This document shows positions 18,570 to 28,244 of a stretch of DNA of 64,000 bases, one piece after another; position 1 is the stretch's first letter, and each line of letters opens with the position of its first letter. The notes beneath the pieces are model-generated. The model was not told the DNA's origin. It worked only from the letters and a program-made list of their open reading frames with translations, and ran no database searches. Source of the stretch: an archaeon (GTDB lineage Archaea > Nanobdellota > Nanobdellia > Pacearchaeales > GW2011-AR1); the NCBI GenBank assembly GCA_009992215.1, contig JAACWB010000004.1, positions 8,006-72,005 on the forward strand, written 5' to 3'. Position numbers and translations under genes: made by a program.

Positions 18570-19412
18570 ATGTCAAAAGTAATTATTTCAAGCAAAAATT
18601 TCTCAAAAATTAAAGAAAAAATATTAGGGGGAGGAATTGAAAACTTGCATGTTCTAGCAGATTTTGATAAAACTTTGACAAAGGCGCACGTGAATGGAGT
18701 TCCAACTTCTTCGATTATTTCTGAACTTAGAAATAGAAATATTTTAAGTGAGGATTATCAAAATGAAGCAAAAAGGCTTTTTTCGGAATATCATCCAATA
18801 GAACTTGATCACACTTTGGAACCTGAAGTTCGTGATGCCAAAATGAAGGAGTGGTGGATTAAAATTTTTGATTTGTTAATTAAAGAGAGAGTAAATTTGA
18901 GTCATTTGAAGGAAGTTATTGAAGCTGGAAAAATTGAATTAAGAGAAGGTGTTAGTGATATGTTGAAATTTTTACGGGACCATAAAATTCCATTAGTTAT
19001 TTTATCTGCTTCGGGAATTGGGGACTTAATCCCAATGTATCTGGAGAAACAAGGGCTTCTTTACAAGAATATAACAATTGTTTCTAACTTCTTTGAATGG
19101 GACAGCGAAGGTTACGCTCGTTTTCCAAAGCCCCCAATAATTCACTCTGAAAATAAAGGTGAAGCGCAGTTAGAGAAACTTGAAATTTACAAGGAATTAG
19201 AAAAAAGAAAAAATGTTTTACTTTTGGGAGATTCTCTGGGGGATGTTGAAATGATTGGAGAATTCCCTTATGAAAATTTAATTAAGATTGGATTTTTGAA
19301 TGAAGAGATTGACAAAAGAATGGATGCATATAAAGAAATATTTGATTTAATTATTCCAAATGATGGAGACATTAATTTTGTGAATGAATTCTTGAATGAG
19401 TTTAAACTTTGA
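18570..19412 (+). CDS. HAD-family pyrimidine 5'-nucleotidase (cN-III/UMPH-1 type)
   Basis: LADFDKTLT, YHPIE, MKEWW, ILSASG, IHSENK and LLGDSLGD motifs. Confidence 0.85.
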   Translation: MSKVIISSKNFSKIKEKILGGGIENLHVLADFDKTLTKAHVNGVPTSSIISELRNRNILSEDYQNEAKRLFSEYHPIELDHTLEPEVRDAKMKEWWIKIFDLLIKERVNLSHLKEVIEAGKIELREGVSDMLKFLRDHKIPLVILSASGIGDLIPMYLEKQGLLYKNITIVSNFFEWDSEGYARFPKPPIIHSENKGEAQLEKLEIYKELEKRKNVLLLGDSLGDVEMIGEFPYENLIKIGFLNEEIDKRMDAYKEIFDLIIPNDGDINFVNEFLNEFKL

Positions 19413-20271
19413 TTTCACCAAATTGCCAAGAACGAAGTATTTCACGTGCTGCGGCGTCTTCGTTCACAACTCCGCCTTTTTTCATGAAACCTTTTATTTT
19501 TCCTACTTCTTCAATTAATTCTTCTGAATCTTCTGCATTTACATTGTAAAAATTGTTTAATGCGTCGGAATGCTTTTTGAATAAATCTAGTACAACTAAA
19601 TCTGGGTCTCTCACTTGAGTGTAACTTTTTCCTCCAGCTAGAGTGTGTTTTGAAATTTTTTCTTGGTCTGTTACAGAATAATCTTCTTTTGGAATTACTC
19701 CAGGGGAATCCACTAAAACAATGTCTTCTGAAAGTCTTATTTTTTGAACGTTTTTTGTGAAACCTGCTTCAGAACCAACTCCCGCTTTTGAACTACCTGA
19801 TAAAATATTTAGTAGAGAACTTTTTCCTGCATTCGGGTAACCAATTACTCCAACTTTTATTCTTTTGTCTTCTCCTAAAATTACCTTGTCCTTTCTTAAT
19901 TCACGCATTTCACGGTTCTCAATTGTTTTTGCGAGTCTTTTGATTAAATCGCGTAAATCCTTTATTCCCTTTCTTTTTGTACAAGAGACAATTGCGTAAG
20001 GAAAAACTGTTCCTTTTATTTCATTTAATCTTGAAGGTTTCACTAAATCTGCTTTGTTTAACACGTAAATTATTTTTTTATTCTGTTTTTCTATTTCTTT
20101 TTCTAATTCGGGATTTCTTGTCTCTTGCAAGAATCTTGCGTCAAGAACTTCTAGAATTATGTCTGAAGTGTCAACTATGTTTTTTGCAACTTGAGGATAT
20201 TTTACTCTTTGCTTTCGAATTTTTTCAATGTGTCCTGTTCTTCTTGATGAAAAACTATATCTTACTCTCAT
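19402..20271 (-). CDS. Circularly permuted ribosome-biogenesis GTPase (YlqF/RbgA family)
   Basis: G4 NKAD precedes G1 GYPNAGKS, G2 GFT and G3 DSPG. Confidence 0.92.
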   Translation of the reverse strand: MRVRYSFSSRRTGHIEKIRKQRVKYPQVAKNIVDTSDIILEVLDARFLQETRNPELEKEIEKQNKKIIYVLNKADLVKPSRLNEIKGTVFPYAIVSCTKRKGIKDLRDLIKRLAKTIENREMRELRKDKVILGEDKRIKVGVIGYPNAGKSSLLNILSGSSKAGVGSEAGFTKNVQKIRLSEDIVLVDSPGVIPKEDYSVTDQEKISKHTLAGGKSYTQVRDPDLVVLDLFKKHSDALNNFYNVNAEDSEELIEEVGKIKGFMKKGGVVNEDAAAREILRSWQFGEIKV

Positions 20272-20306
20272 AAAAAATTAAAGAAATTTGGGTTTAATTA
20301 GGTTTC

Positions 20307-20567
20307 TTAGAACTCTGGTTTTAGAACAGGTTTTAATTTTTCTTTTGGAACTCTTTTTGTATTAATTATGAATTCTCTTTTCTTTTCAAAAGGAGGAATT
20401 TCTTTGTATCTTACAATTTCATTTAAGAAAAAAGTTAGTCTCTCTCCGTCATCAGTTAGTACAGAAACTTCGTTTTTTAGGAATTTTCTAATTTTTGCCT
20501 TGTAATCAATAAACCTTCCTCTTCGTTTAATTTCTAAAAAATAATATTTGTCTAATTCTAATTCCAT
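20307..20567 (-). CDS. Small hypothetical protein
   Basis: 86-aa ORF. Confidence 0.6.
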   Translation of the reverse strand: MELELDKYYFLEIKRRGRFIDYKAKIRKFLKNEVSVLTDDGERLTFFLNEIVRYKEIPPFEKKREFIINTKRVPKEKLKPVLKPEF

Positions 20568-20589
20568 TTTAATTTAAGTTACCTGGAAT

Positions 20590-21054
20590 TTAATAAATTT
20601 CTTCTTCTGGCACTTCTTCTTCTTTTTTGAAAACTTCATTTTCGACTTTTGTTTCTTCTATTTCTTCTTCCTTTAACTCTTCAACTTTTTCTTTCTCTTT
20701 TTCTTTTAAGTGATCTTTTGCTTTAACGTACTTTTCCTCTGCATCTTCAAGTGTTTCTTTTTTTAGCAAGTTTTTTGCTTCATCAATTAATGAAACATTT
20801 TCTTTTTTGAATGATAATAAGATAAACAAGACTAATGCAATAAAGGCAATTAGGAAATAGTAAACAGAATTTATTTTGATTTTGTTCGTTTCATAAATTG
20901 AATAACCTGTCAAGAGAAAATTTTGTGCTTTTTCTTCGTTAATTGAGGAAATTATTTTATTTTGTAAATTGAATTCGTTTGTGAAAAAGTTTGATTTTGC
21001 TGCAATAAACAAAACACACAAGAATATTACAAAGAAAATGTTTTGTTTTTTCAT
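20590..21054 (-). CDS. Membrane protein with acidic tail
   Basis: Two hydrophobic segments and an E/K-rich C-terminus. Confidence 0.65.
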   Translation of the reverse strand: MKKQNIFFVIFLCVLFIAAKSNFFTNEFNLQNKIISSINEEKAQNFLLTGYSIYETNKIKINSVYYFLIAFIALVLFILLSFKKENVSLIDEAKNLLKKETLEDAEEKYVKAKDHLKEKEKEKVEELKEEEIEETKVENEVFKKEEEVPEEEIY

Positions 21055-21103
21055 TAATTGAAGACGAATTAATTTTTTAAAACAACATTATCGAATGTGT
21101 TCG

Positions 21104-21340
21104 TTATTTGTTATATTCGCTTTTTTTCTCTGTTAGGAAAAATAGTCTTTCTTCTTTGTTTAGTTTTTTACCTTTTTTCTCTCGAACAACATTAATTTCT
21201 TTTAACATTTCTAGTGACTTTAGTGTTGTTCTCCACTGTGAACCAATTTTATCAGAAATAGATTTTATTGATAATTCTTTTTCTTTTTTTAATAAAGTGT
21301 AAATTTCTTGTGTCACTTCCAAGATATTTCTTCTTGTCAT
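21104..21340 (-). CDS. Small winged-HTH protein
   Basis: IYTLLKKEKELSIKSISDKIGSQWRTTLKSLEML pattern; likely start MTRR. Confidence 0.7.
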   Translation of the reverse strand: MTRRNILEVTQEIYTLLKKEKELSIKSISDKIGSQWRTTLKSLEMLKEINVVREKKGKKLNKEERLFFLTEKKSEYNK

Positions 21341-21394
21341 ATTTATTAGTGAATACATAAATTTAAATAGAATATATGTATAGTTAAACATATT

Positions 21395-21541
21395 ATGAAA
21401 AGGACTCTATCGGAAATAAAAAATGAAGCAAAGAAGAGAGGTTTGGGGGAGATTGACAAAACTACTTTGATTCAGATTGGAATAATGTTTGCGATTGAAG
21501 ACCTTGGTGAAAAGAAGAATTTATCCAACGGGAAAAATTAA
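21395..21541 (+). CDS. Small hypothetical protein (48 aa, not in the ORF track)
   Basis: ATG 21395 to TAA 21541 (MKRTLSEIKNEAKKRGLGEIDK...); TATA box upstream; divergent from the HTH gene. Confidence 0.5.
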   Translation: MKRTLSEIKNEAKKRGLGEIDKTTLIQIGIMFAIEDLGEKKNLSNGKN

Positions 21542-21573
21542 TCTTTTATTGAAAGGTTGTATTTCTATTATTC

Positions 21574-22236
21574 ATGAAAATAAAAGATATAATTGAGAGA
21601 GAAAGACCAAAAGAAAAGTTTATTGAACTTGGTCCTGAATCTTTGAGTGATACTGAATTACTCTCGATTATTTTGAGAACAGGAATTATTAATGAAAATG
21701 TTTTGGAGCTTTCACATAAATTAATTAAAAAATATGGAATGAAAAATTTGTTTTCTTGTTCTGTTGAAGAGTTGTGTGAAATCAAAGGAATTGGAAAAAG
21801 TAAGGCCGTTCAAATATTAACAATTCCTGAACTTGTGAAAAGAATAAATTTGGGAAGTGAAAAAATTTCAAAAATAAAGTGTGGGAAGGATGTTTATAAT
21901 TTGATGAAGGAAAAATTAGAAGGAAAAACAAAAGAATATTTTTATTGTCTTTTACTTGATTCAAAAAATAAGATAATTAAAATAGAGAATGTTTCAGTTG
22001 GAATTTTGGATGCTTCAATTGTTCATCCGCGGGAAATTTTTAAGTCTGCAATTAAATCGTCTTCTTCTAGTATTATTCTTGTTCATAATCATCCGTCTGG
22101 AGAATCAACGCCATCTGAAGAAGATATCTCAATTACAAAGAAATTAATTGAATGTGGAGATTTACTCGGGATTAATGTAATAGATCATATCATTATTGGT
22201 AAAAATAATTATTGGAGCTATTTAGAAAACGAATAA
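21574..22236 (+). CDS. radC: RadC/JAB-domain protein
   Basis: ERPKEK...LSDTELL, HhH, VHPREIF, HNHPSG...PS..D and DHII. Confidence 0.93.
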   Translation: MKIKDIIERERPKEKFIELGPESLSDTELLSIILRTGIINENVLELSHKLIKKYGMKNLFSCSVEELCEIKGIGKSKAVQILTIPELVKRINLGSEKISKIKCGKDVYNLMKEKLEGKTKEYFYCLLLDSKNKIIKIENVSVGILDASIVHPREIFKSAIKSSSSSIILVHNHPSGESTPSEEDISITKKLIECGDLLGINVIDHIIIGKNNYWSYLENE

Positions 22237-22237
22237 T

Positions 22238-22558
22238 TTACTTTCTTTTCTTTGCCTTCTTTCTTTTTGGAACAAGGCTCATTTTTTCTAGGAAGAAAAA
22301 AATCAAAAAGATTATCAAGAATAAAACTGCAATTGCACCCGAGATTATTGCGATGAACCCAAAGAATGCCATTAATACCTCTTCATTTGTTATGAAATAA
22401 ATTAATAATGAAATTGCAAAAGTGATAATAGAATAAATGAAGAGTCTACTTGAAAATCTTTCTCTTAGTTCGATTGCTTTTATTGTGAATTTCTCTTTTC
22501 TCGTTTGAACTTTTGGAGATTTCACTTTGGCCTGTTTTTTCACACTCTTTTTTGCCAT
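22238..22558 (-). CDS. Small two-TM membrane protein
   Basis: Two hydrophobic helices with basic termini. Confidence 0.65.
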   Translation of the reverse strand: MAKKSVKKQAKVKSPKVQTRKEKFTIKAIELRERFSSRLFIYSIITFAISLLIYFITNEEVLMAFFGFIAIISGAIAVLFLIIFLIFFFLEKMSLVPKRKKAKKRK

Positions 22559-22592
22559 GTTAACTATAGTAATTTTGAGTATATAAAAGTTT

Positions 22593-22937
22593 TCAGAGCT
22601 TCGCCCAGATTTCTTCTACTTTACTCGTGTCATTTACGACTGATTCGTTGTATTCTTTCCAATCTTGTTTTGAAGCGTAAGCTGTAATTGATTTTATGTT
22701 TGTGAAAACTGAACCCAACCAAGACATGTAGAGTTTTCCTGCTTTTATTATTCCATCAACAGTTTTGAAATCCACGTCTTTTCCCTTGAGACTTACGGTA
22801 AAACTAATGTATGTGAAAAGAATTAAGCCGATTAGAAAGATTGCAAAGAGTTTATGTTTTAATCGCTTTACTTCAATAAATACCCAGATAAAAACTATTA
22901 ATGCTGCCACGACAAAAAATGTTGCTCCAATTACCAT
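22593..22937 (-). CDS. Membrane protein, hypothetical
   Basis: Two N-terminal TM helices. Confidence 0.65.
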   Translation of the reverse strand: MVIGATFFVVAALIVFIWVFIEVKRLKHKLFAIFLIGLILFTYISFTVSLKGKDVDFKTVDGIIKAGKLYMSWLGSVFTNIKSITAYASKQDWKEYNESVVNDTSKVEEIWAKL

Positions 22938-23003
22938 GATAAAATAATGTAAGTTTGATATAAAAATATTCTTATTTACTTTGGAATAGAGAAATTAAAA
23001 GCT

Positions 23004-23447
23004 CTATTGAGAGACACATTCATTAATTTCAGGTATATTTGAATTTATGATTTTACCTTCTTTATCTAATTCAAAACTTAATTTTGAGTAACCAGCCGGC
23101 CTATCATTTCTTCCAGCAATAATGGGAACACGAAGTTCAATATTATAATTATTTCCTCTTTGTTCTAAAATGTATCTAACTCCTTGTTCAACGGGAATGT
23201 CTTCAAAATCTCCAACTTTAACATAATTGAATTGTGATACATTTCCTTTGTAATATCCTTTACAGATATTACAGTGAGAAAAAATTGCTTTTTCATCAAG
23301 ATTAAAACAGTAATTTTTAATTTCTGGATGAACTATCTCTAAAACTTCTTCATTTGAATAAGTTTTATCTTGAAATAAAAATGTAGAAACAAGAGCCAAA
23401 ACCAAAATAATAATTATTCCAGAAAAAATAAATAATTTTTTATTCAT
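23004..23447 (-). CDS. Secreted or membrane-anchored hypothetical protein
   Basis: N-terminal hydrophobic anchor. Confidence 0.6.
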   Translation of the reverse strand: MNKKLFIFSGIIIILVLALVSTFLFQDKTYSNEEVLEIVHPEIKNYCFNLDEKAIFSHCNICKGYYKGNVSQFNYVKVGDFEDIPVEQGVRYILEQRGNNYNIELRVPIIAGRNDRPAGYSKLSFELDKEGKIINSNIPEINECVSQ

Positions 23448-23592
23448 AAAATAGATTGTAAAAAATTCTTTATAATTATTTCTATAAAATAAATATTCCT
23501 GATAAAAAATCTCCTCTCCCCCCTCTTTAGAGTCTGATTCTTGATTTATTACAAAGGATTCATTAAATATAAAAATAAAATTAATTGTGTTA

Positions 23593-23665
23593 TAGCGCTA
23601 CCCGGATTCGAACCGGGGTCACGGGATTCAGAGTCCCGTATCCTTGACCGCTAGACTATAGCGCT
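23593..23665 (-). tRNA. tRNA-Gln(CTG)
   Basis: Cloverleaf AGCGCTA.../TAGCGCT+A; anticodon arm CGGGA-CTCTGAA-TCCCG. Confidence 0.97.
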
Positions 23666-23711
23666 GAACTAATTGAATTAAAGAAATTTATTTTTTATAC
23701 TTAACGAATAT

Positions 23712-23810
23712 GGATTCGAACCGAAGTCACGGCGAAAATCTTCTGAAAGTGTAATAAATGAACGAAATGAATTTAGAAATCTTTCACAGAATACGAACAG
23801 GGTAGCGCTA
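23712..23810 (+). repeat. tRNA-Gln fragments flanking the conserved ~67-nt hairpin element
   Basis: GGATTCGAACCGAAGTCACGG, then the element (23733-23799), then GGGTAGCGCTA (tRNA-Gln 3' end). Confidence 0.75.
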
Positions 23811-23820
23811 TTTAATAAAA

Positions 23821-23964
23821 TTAAAGTCTGATTTTACTTTCTCTTATTTTTTCAGAATGTTGATCGAGTCTGCCTGAGACTAGACATTTAAAACAAGTGT
23901 GAACACCAGAGGCATCTTTTACAATTCCTGTGTTGTTGCAGTCAGGACATTTTTCATTTTCCAT
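23821..23964 (-). CDS. Small zinc-finger protein
   Basis: CPDC...TCFKC; 47 aa starting MENEK. Confidence 0.65.
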   Translation of the reverse strand: MENEKCPDCNNTGIVKDASGVHTCFKCLVSGRLDQHSEKIRESKIRL

Positions 23965-24070
23965 TAGAAAAATAGTATTGTTCCATATATAAATACGATT
24001 ATTCAAAATACAATATCTTATACAAATATATTTAGATAAGATTTAAATAAATGATAGATTAATTCTGTTT

Positions 24071-24643
24071 ATGGACATAAATAAAATTCAAGAGACGTTA
24101 ATTCAGGTTTCGCTACGTATTGCAAAGCGAGGAGAGGGTGCACTTTTTGTAGTTGGTGAAATTGAACATAAGCCATTAGTTGATCAATCTGTTCCGCCAT
24201 TTAATGTTACTAAAAACCCGAAACTTCTTGAGTCGCTTGCATTAATGGATGGGGCTGTAATTATTGATAAACAAGGATTTATGCAGTCATACGGCGTTAG
24301 GGTGAAGAGTACAAAAGTTTTCAAGAATTATGGAACAAGGCACAGTGCTGCAATTAGTGCTGCGAAGGGAGACAACTTGGTTGTTATTGTTTCTGAGGAA
24401 GATAAAAAAATTAGAATCTTGAAAAAAGGTAAAATGATTATGCAAATTGATGCTCTTCAAAAAGATGTTGAGAAAAGTATTCCAAAGGCTATGCAAGTTT
24501 TGGAATCTATTGGAGCTGGAACTGTTGGAACAATTGGAACTAGTTTACTTCTTCCGGCGCTTGGAATTAGTTTTTTACCTGGAGTTATTGTATTTGGTTC
24601 TGTTTATTATTTGGGAAAAATTCTTCACAAGAAAAAGAAGTAA
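24071..24643 (+). CDS. Diadenylate cyclase (DAC/DisA_N domain) with a C-terminal membrane anchor
   Basis: EGALFVVG, DGA, GTRHSAA and VSEE motifs; hydrophobic C-terminus. Confidence 0.85.
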   Translation: MDINKIQETLIQVSLRIAKRGEGALFVVGEIEHKPLVDQSVPPFNVTKNPKLLESLALMDGAVIIDKQGFMQSYGVRVKSTKVFKNYGTRHSAAISAAKGDNLVVIVSEEDKKIRILKKGKMIMQIDALQKDVEKSIPKAMQVLESIGAGTVGTIGTSLLLPALGISFLPGVIVFGSVYYLGKILHKKKK

Positions 24644-24736
24644 GATTTTTACAAAATCCTTTTAAACGAAGAGAAATTATATTTGTTATCGGTATTTCCG
24701 ATAATTTGGATGGAGATTAAAATTTCTATCTTGGAA

Positions 24737-24900
24737 GCCCCAGTAGTATAGTGGCCAAGTACGCCGCCCTCTCAAGAAAATTAGATTACATAATCTGAGA
24801 AGAGGTGATTCTAATCTTGGTGAAAGAGGTGAATCTAGCGTCTCAACGCAACCATTTTCAGAGTACGGCGGTAACCCGAGTTCAAATCTCGGCTGGGGCG
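24737..24900 (+). tRNA. tRNA-Glu(CTC) with a 91-nt intron (24775-24865) at position 37/38
   Basis: Acceptor stem GCCCCAG/CTGGGGC; BHB formed by CTCT/AGAG with bulges CAA and TAC and the helix GAAAAT/ATTTTC. Confidence 0.93.
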
Positions 24901-24923
24901 TAAAATATTCTAATTGAGTTTTA

Positions 24924-25026
24924 ACGAGGGGAACCCGATTCAAATCCGAGCATTTCTGAAAGTGTAATAAATGAACGAAGTGAATTTATATCAGCTTTCA
25001 CGGAATGTGAGTTAGGGCTGTGGCGT
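24924..25026 (+). repeat. Degenerate copy of the tRNA-Glu 3' half, interrupted by the conserved hairpin element
   Basis: AACCCGA-TTCAAATC, then the element (24947-25014), then GGCTGTGGCG, versus tRNA AACCCGAGTTCAAATCTCGGCTGGGGCG. Confidence 0.8.
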
Positions 25027-25076
25027 TTTGTTTTTAGTGAAGAAAGAATTAAATAATCTTTATATCTTGAGGAATT

Positions 25077-25589
25077 ATGAAAGACGATGGAATTGAATTA
25101 GCAAAATCTTGGTTTGAATTAACAAAAATACTTACAGTTTTAGCAGGATTATTTTTTGTATTAGCCTCTTTACATGCTAGTTCATATTCTTCTCTTAGGT
25201 ATAATTTAGATCTTCCTATGAAAGCGTGTCAATTTTCTCTAAATAATGATTTTGAAACTGTTCTTGGAATAAATTTAAGTTATGAAGATTGCGTTTCATT
25301 AATTGAAATTCAAATTCTAGATGAAATAGAAAAAAATCAAAAAATTACATATACTTTGGTTTTCTTGGGATTTCTTTCTATTCTTAATTCTTTCTTTTTT
25401 TGGATTGTGGGAAGACTAAAATTATCAAAAAATGAAATTAGACTTTGGCAAATAGTTTCTTTGTGGATATGTTTAAATTTTTTTTTAATTTTTTTATTTT
25501 ATTTATCTGTATTTGGATCTTATATTATTAGCAAACCAATTCAAATAGGAAATAAAACTATTGATCTATGTGATTATGGATATTGTTAA
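25077..25589 (+). CDS. Membrane protein, hypothetical
   Basis: Three hydrophobic segments. Confidence 0.6.
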   Translation: MKDDGIELAKSWFELTKILTVLAGLFFVLASLHASSYSSLRYNLDLPMKACQFSLNNDFETVLGINLSYEDCVSLIEIQILDEIEKNQKITYTLVFLGFLSILNSFFFWIVGRLKLSKNEIRLWQIVSLWICLNFFLIFLFYLSVFGSYIISKPIQIGNKTIDLCDYGYC

Positions 25590-25669
25590 TCTTCCTTTTT
25601 TCCCCTTATTTTCCATTTCCCCAAATAATATAAAGTAATAGTTCTTGTTTATTTTACAAGGAGGCGAAA

Positions 25670-26074
25670 ATGGCTATAGATTTATTACCTGTTATTCCAA
25701 ATTGGATTTTTGTTTTGGGAAATGTTGTTCTAGGATTATTCGGAGTTGCAATTTATGTTTATCATGCGTTGGCGTGGCAAACTATTGGTAAAAAACAAAA
25801 GTACAAGAGGCCTTGGCTTGCATGGATTCCTTTTGCTAATGTGTCAATGATTCTTCAGATGGGAAGATTCAATTGGGCATGGGTCTTTTTGGTTTTGATT
25901 CCAATTCTTGGTTGGATTGCACTTTTCATTCTTCTAATACTTTCTATGTGGAGAATTTTTGAAAAGGCGAAATATCCTGGTTGGGCAAGTCTTTCAATGA
26001 TTTTACCAACAGTAGGCAAAGTTCTTTACTTAATTGTAATAGGATTAGTTGCTTGGAAGAAACCCAAAAAATAA
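25670..26074 (+). CDS. DUF5684-like membrane protein
   Basis: WLAWIPFAN and WRIFEKAKYPGWASL patterns; Shine-Dalgarno (SD) sequence AGGAGG. Confidence 0.7.
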   Translation: MAIDLLPVIPNWIFVLGNVVLGLFGVAIYVYHALAWQTIGKKQKYKRPWLAWIPFANVSMILQMGRFNWAWVFLVLIPILGWIALFILLILSMWRIFEKAKYPGWASLSMILPTVGKVLYLIVIGLVAWKKPKK

Positions 26075-26092
26075 TTTAGTTTTTATTTTTAT

Positions 26093-26878
26093 TTATCTTT
26101 TTATTTCACTTACTTTTTTGTAAGGGATATAATTTTTTTCTAGAATTTCAATTATTTTGTCACGATCTTCGGCTTTTCCCACCCCTTTCCAGTCGATTAC
26201 GGCAAAATCAATTTCTTCAATTGTTTGATTGAATGCTTGTAATATCATCTCTTCAGTTATTGGAGAAACATATTTTGGAATTATGTGGGCGATTGCAACA
26301 TTTGAATCTAGTTGCAGTTTATTGAAGGCTGGACAATAATGTGGTCCGCCGATTCCAAATGCAATTTCATTGTAAGGATTTGGCTTGTAAGTTAAAATTG
26401 CCTCACGAATTGCTTTAGCGACAACAAAAGTTGCTTTTTTGTCTTTCCATTCTTCTTCAGTTCCGCCAACTTCAATAAAGACACAAGGAACATCAATTAA
26501 TGGGCCATGATGCGTGCACTCGAGTGTTACGTTATATCTAGTTAATCCGGATTTTTCTTTTTCTTCGTTTAATTTTTGAAATAAATATTTTTGAAAAAGT
26601 GCTGAAGCATGGTTTAGTCTACCTTCCTTTCCTCCGCCCCAAACTTCTCTGAAATTCCCTGGCGCGTGCAGTGACAAAGTTTTTTCTTTTGTTTCTGATT
26701 TATGCTTTGAAGCAAAGATTACCATATCATATTTACTTATTTTTTCTAAGTCTAAATTAGCTGAATCAAGAATACTCCCGTTTGAAACTGAATAGTCAAA
26801 TTTCTCTAAATCTAGAAGCTGTGTTAGGATATTTCTCCCTGCTGTGTCAAATTTGTCTGCTACTACAATGTATTTCAT
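26093..26878 (-). CDS. dtdA: D-aminoacyl-tRNA deacylase (archaeal type)
   Basis: FASKH.S, LSLHAPGN, LECTHHGP, FIEVGG and GGPHY. Confidence 0.92.
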   Translation of the reverse strand: MKYIVVADKFDTAGRNILTQLLDLEKFDYSVSNGSILDSANLDLEKISKYDMVIFASKHKSETKEKTLSLHAPGNFREVWGGGKEGRLNHASALFQKYLFQKLNEEKEKSGLTRYNVTLECTHHGPLIDVPCVFIEVGGTEEEWKDKKATFVVAKAIREAILTYKPNPYNEIAFGIGGPHYCPAFNKLQLDSNVAIAHIIPKYVSPITEEMILQAFNQTIEEIDFAVIDWKGVGKAEDRDKIIEILEKNYIPYKKVSEIKR

Positions 26879-26916
26879 ATAATTAAATATAAAAACCAGA
26901 TTTATTAAATATTATT

Positions 26917-27153
26917 ATGGAAGAGGTCATAAAAATTCTAATTGGAGTTTTAGTTTTAGCGCTTGGTTTTCCTTTAGGGGAGTTTCTAAAGCGCCTAACA
27001 CTCGATGAACAAGTGATTGGTAGAAAATATTTTATCATCCTAACTTACATTGGTCTCTCTGTTGGTCTCCTTGGACTTTTGTTTAACCGGGACTGGATTA
27101 TGTTTACTTTTTTCTTTATTGCAATTGTTACAAGCAGAAGCTTGAAGAAATAA
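26917..27153 (+). CDS. Small membrane protein
   Basis: 78 aa with three hydrophobic segments. Confidence 0.6.
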   Translation: MEEVIKILIGVLVLALGFPLGEFLKRLTLDEQVIGRKYFIILTYIGLSVGLLGLLFNRDWIMFTFFFIAIVTSRSLKK

Positions 27154-27228
27154 ATTAATTTTGTTTTGGATTTTCAAAACATTTATATACTACTATGTTT
27201 TACAAAGTACTAAGCAATACAATGGAAA

Positions 27229-27534
27229 ATGGACACACAATTCAAAAAAGGTGTACTCGATTTATGTGTACTCTCAATATTGGAAAAGAAGGATCACTAC
27301 GGTTATGAACTTGTCCAGAAAATTTCAAAAAACATTTCGATTACGGAAGGAACACTCTACCCAATCCTTAAGAGATTGAAAAACGAGGGTTACCTTGAAA
27401 CTTACCTGAAGGAATCAAGTGAGGGGCCTTCAAGAAAATATTATTCCTTGACAAAAAAAGGAAACACAAAAGCAAAAAAACTAAAAGAAGAATGGATGGA
27501 ATTCACAAAGAAGATTGAAGAAATATTAAAATGA
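27229..27534 (+). CDS. PadR-family transcriptional regulator
   Basis: [16 protein letters not shown] and [10 protein letters not shown]. Confidence 0.93.
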   Translation: MDTQFKKGVLDLCVLSILEKKDHYGYELVQKISKNISITEGTLYPILKRLKNEGYLETYLKESSEGPSRKYYSLTKKGNTKAKKLKEEWMEFTKKIEEILK

Positions 27535-28244
27535 ACAAAAAAGAATTTTTACAAGAGTTAAAGGAACATTTAATTGGACTTAAAGAAGAGGACGTTAAGG
27601 AAATATTAGAAGACTACGAAGAACACTTTAGAATTGGAAAAAGGAAAAAAAGAAAGGAGAGTGAAATTGCAAAGTCGCTTGGAAATCCAAAGGAGATTGC
27701 TCGTGAAGTTAGACGTGAATTACATAAATACAAGGAAGTTTCACTTAATTCTTCTTTAATTGAATTTTGGGTTAATACAAAAAAGCTTGGACGAAATATT
27801 TGGAAAAATATCAAAAAGGAAGTAGCGCATGCAAAGAAAAAAGTAAAAGAAATATTTGAGAAAATTGAAAAGAAGGAAAAGAAGAAAAAAAAGATTAAGA
27901 GAAAAAGAAGTGGTTGGAAAATAACTTTGTTAATTTTGTTAAATTTGTTTTTGATTCTTTGGTTGTGGATAGGACTACTTGGCGGGATTATTGGATTAAT
28001 TGTTTCTAGTTGGGCTATTATTTTTTCTGGAATTGTTTCAATTTTAGGAGTAATTTTTGGATTTATTGTTCCTCATTCTAGAGCAGTTAATGATCTATTC
28101 TTGTCCGCTTTATTTGGACTTATTGGATTAACTTCTTTTGGATTTATTTTTTCTATTGGAACTTGGCAACTTGGAAAGGCATTTTTTTGGTTGACAAATA
28201 AATATCTAAAATGGAATAATAAAATTTTTGGAGGTAGAAAATGA
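27531..28244 (+). CDS. DUF1700-family membrane protein
   Basis: MNKKEFL...ILEDYEEHF...[13 protein letters not shown] followed by TM helices; operonic with PadR. Confidence 0.85.
   Translation: MNKKEFLQELKEHLIGLKEEDVKEILEDYEEHFRIGKRKKRKESEIAKSLGNPKEIAREVRRELHKYKEVSLNSSLIEFWVNTKKLGRNIWKNIKKEVAHAKKKVKEIFEKIEKKEKKKKKIKRKRSGWKITLLILLNLFLILWLWIGLLGGIIGLIVSSWAIIFSGIVSILGVIFGFIVPHSRAVNDLFLSALFGLIGLTSFGFIFSIGTWQLGKAFFWLTNKYLKWNNKIFGGRK

Noticed and set aside
21104-22236. Prophage or mobile island around the HTH gene and radC
   Set aside because: radC is the full-length chromosomal type; no integrase, att sites or viral genes are seen
24775-24865. Hammerhead ribozyme in the tRNA-Glu intron
   Set aside because: CTGAGAA does not fit CUGANGA, and the required stems are not evident
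24686-24943. 85-aa ORF on the minus strand
   Set aside because: Antisense to intron-containing tRNA-Glu; a spurious frame
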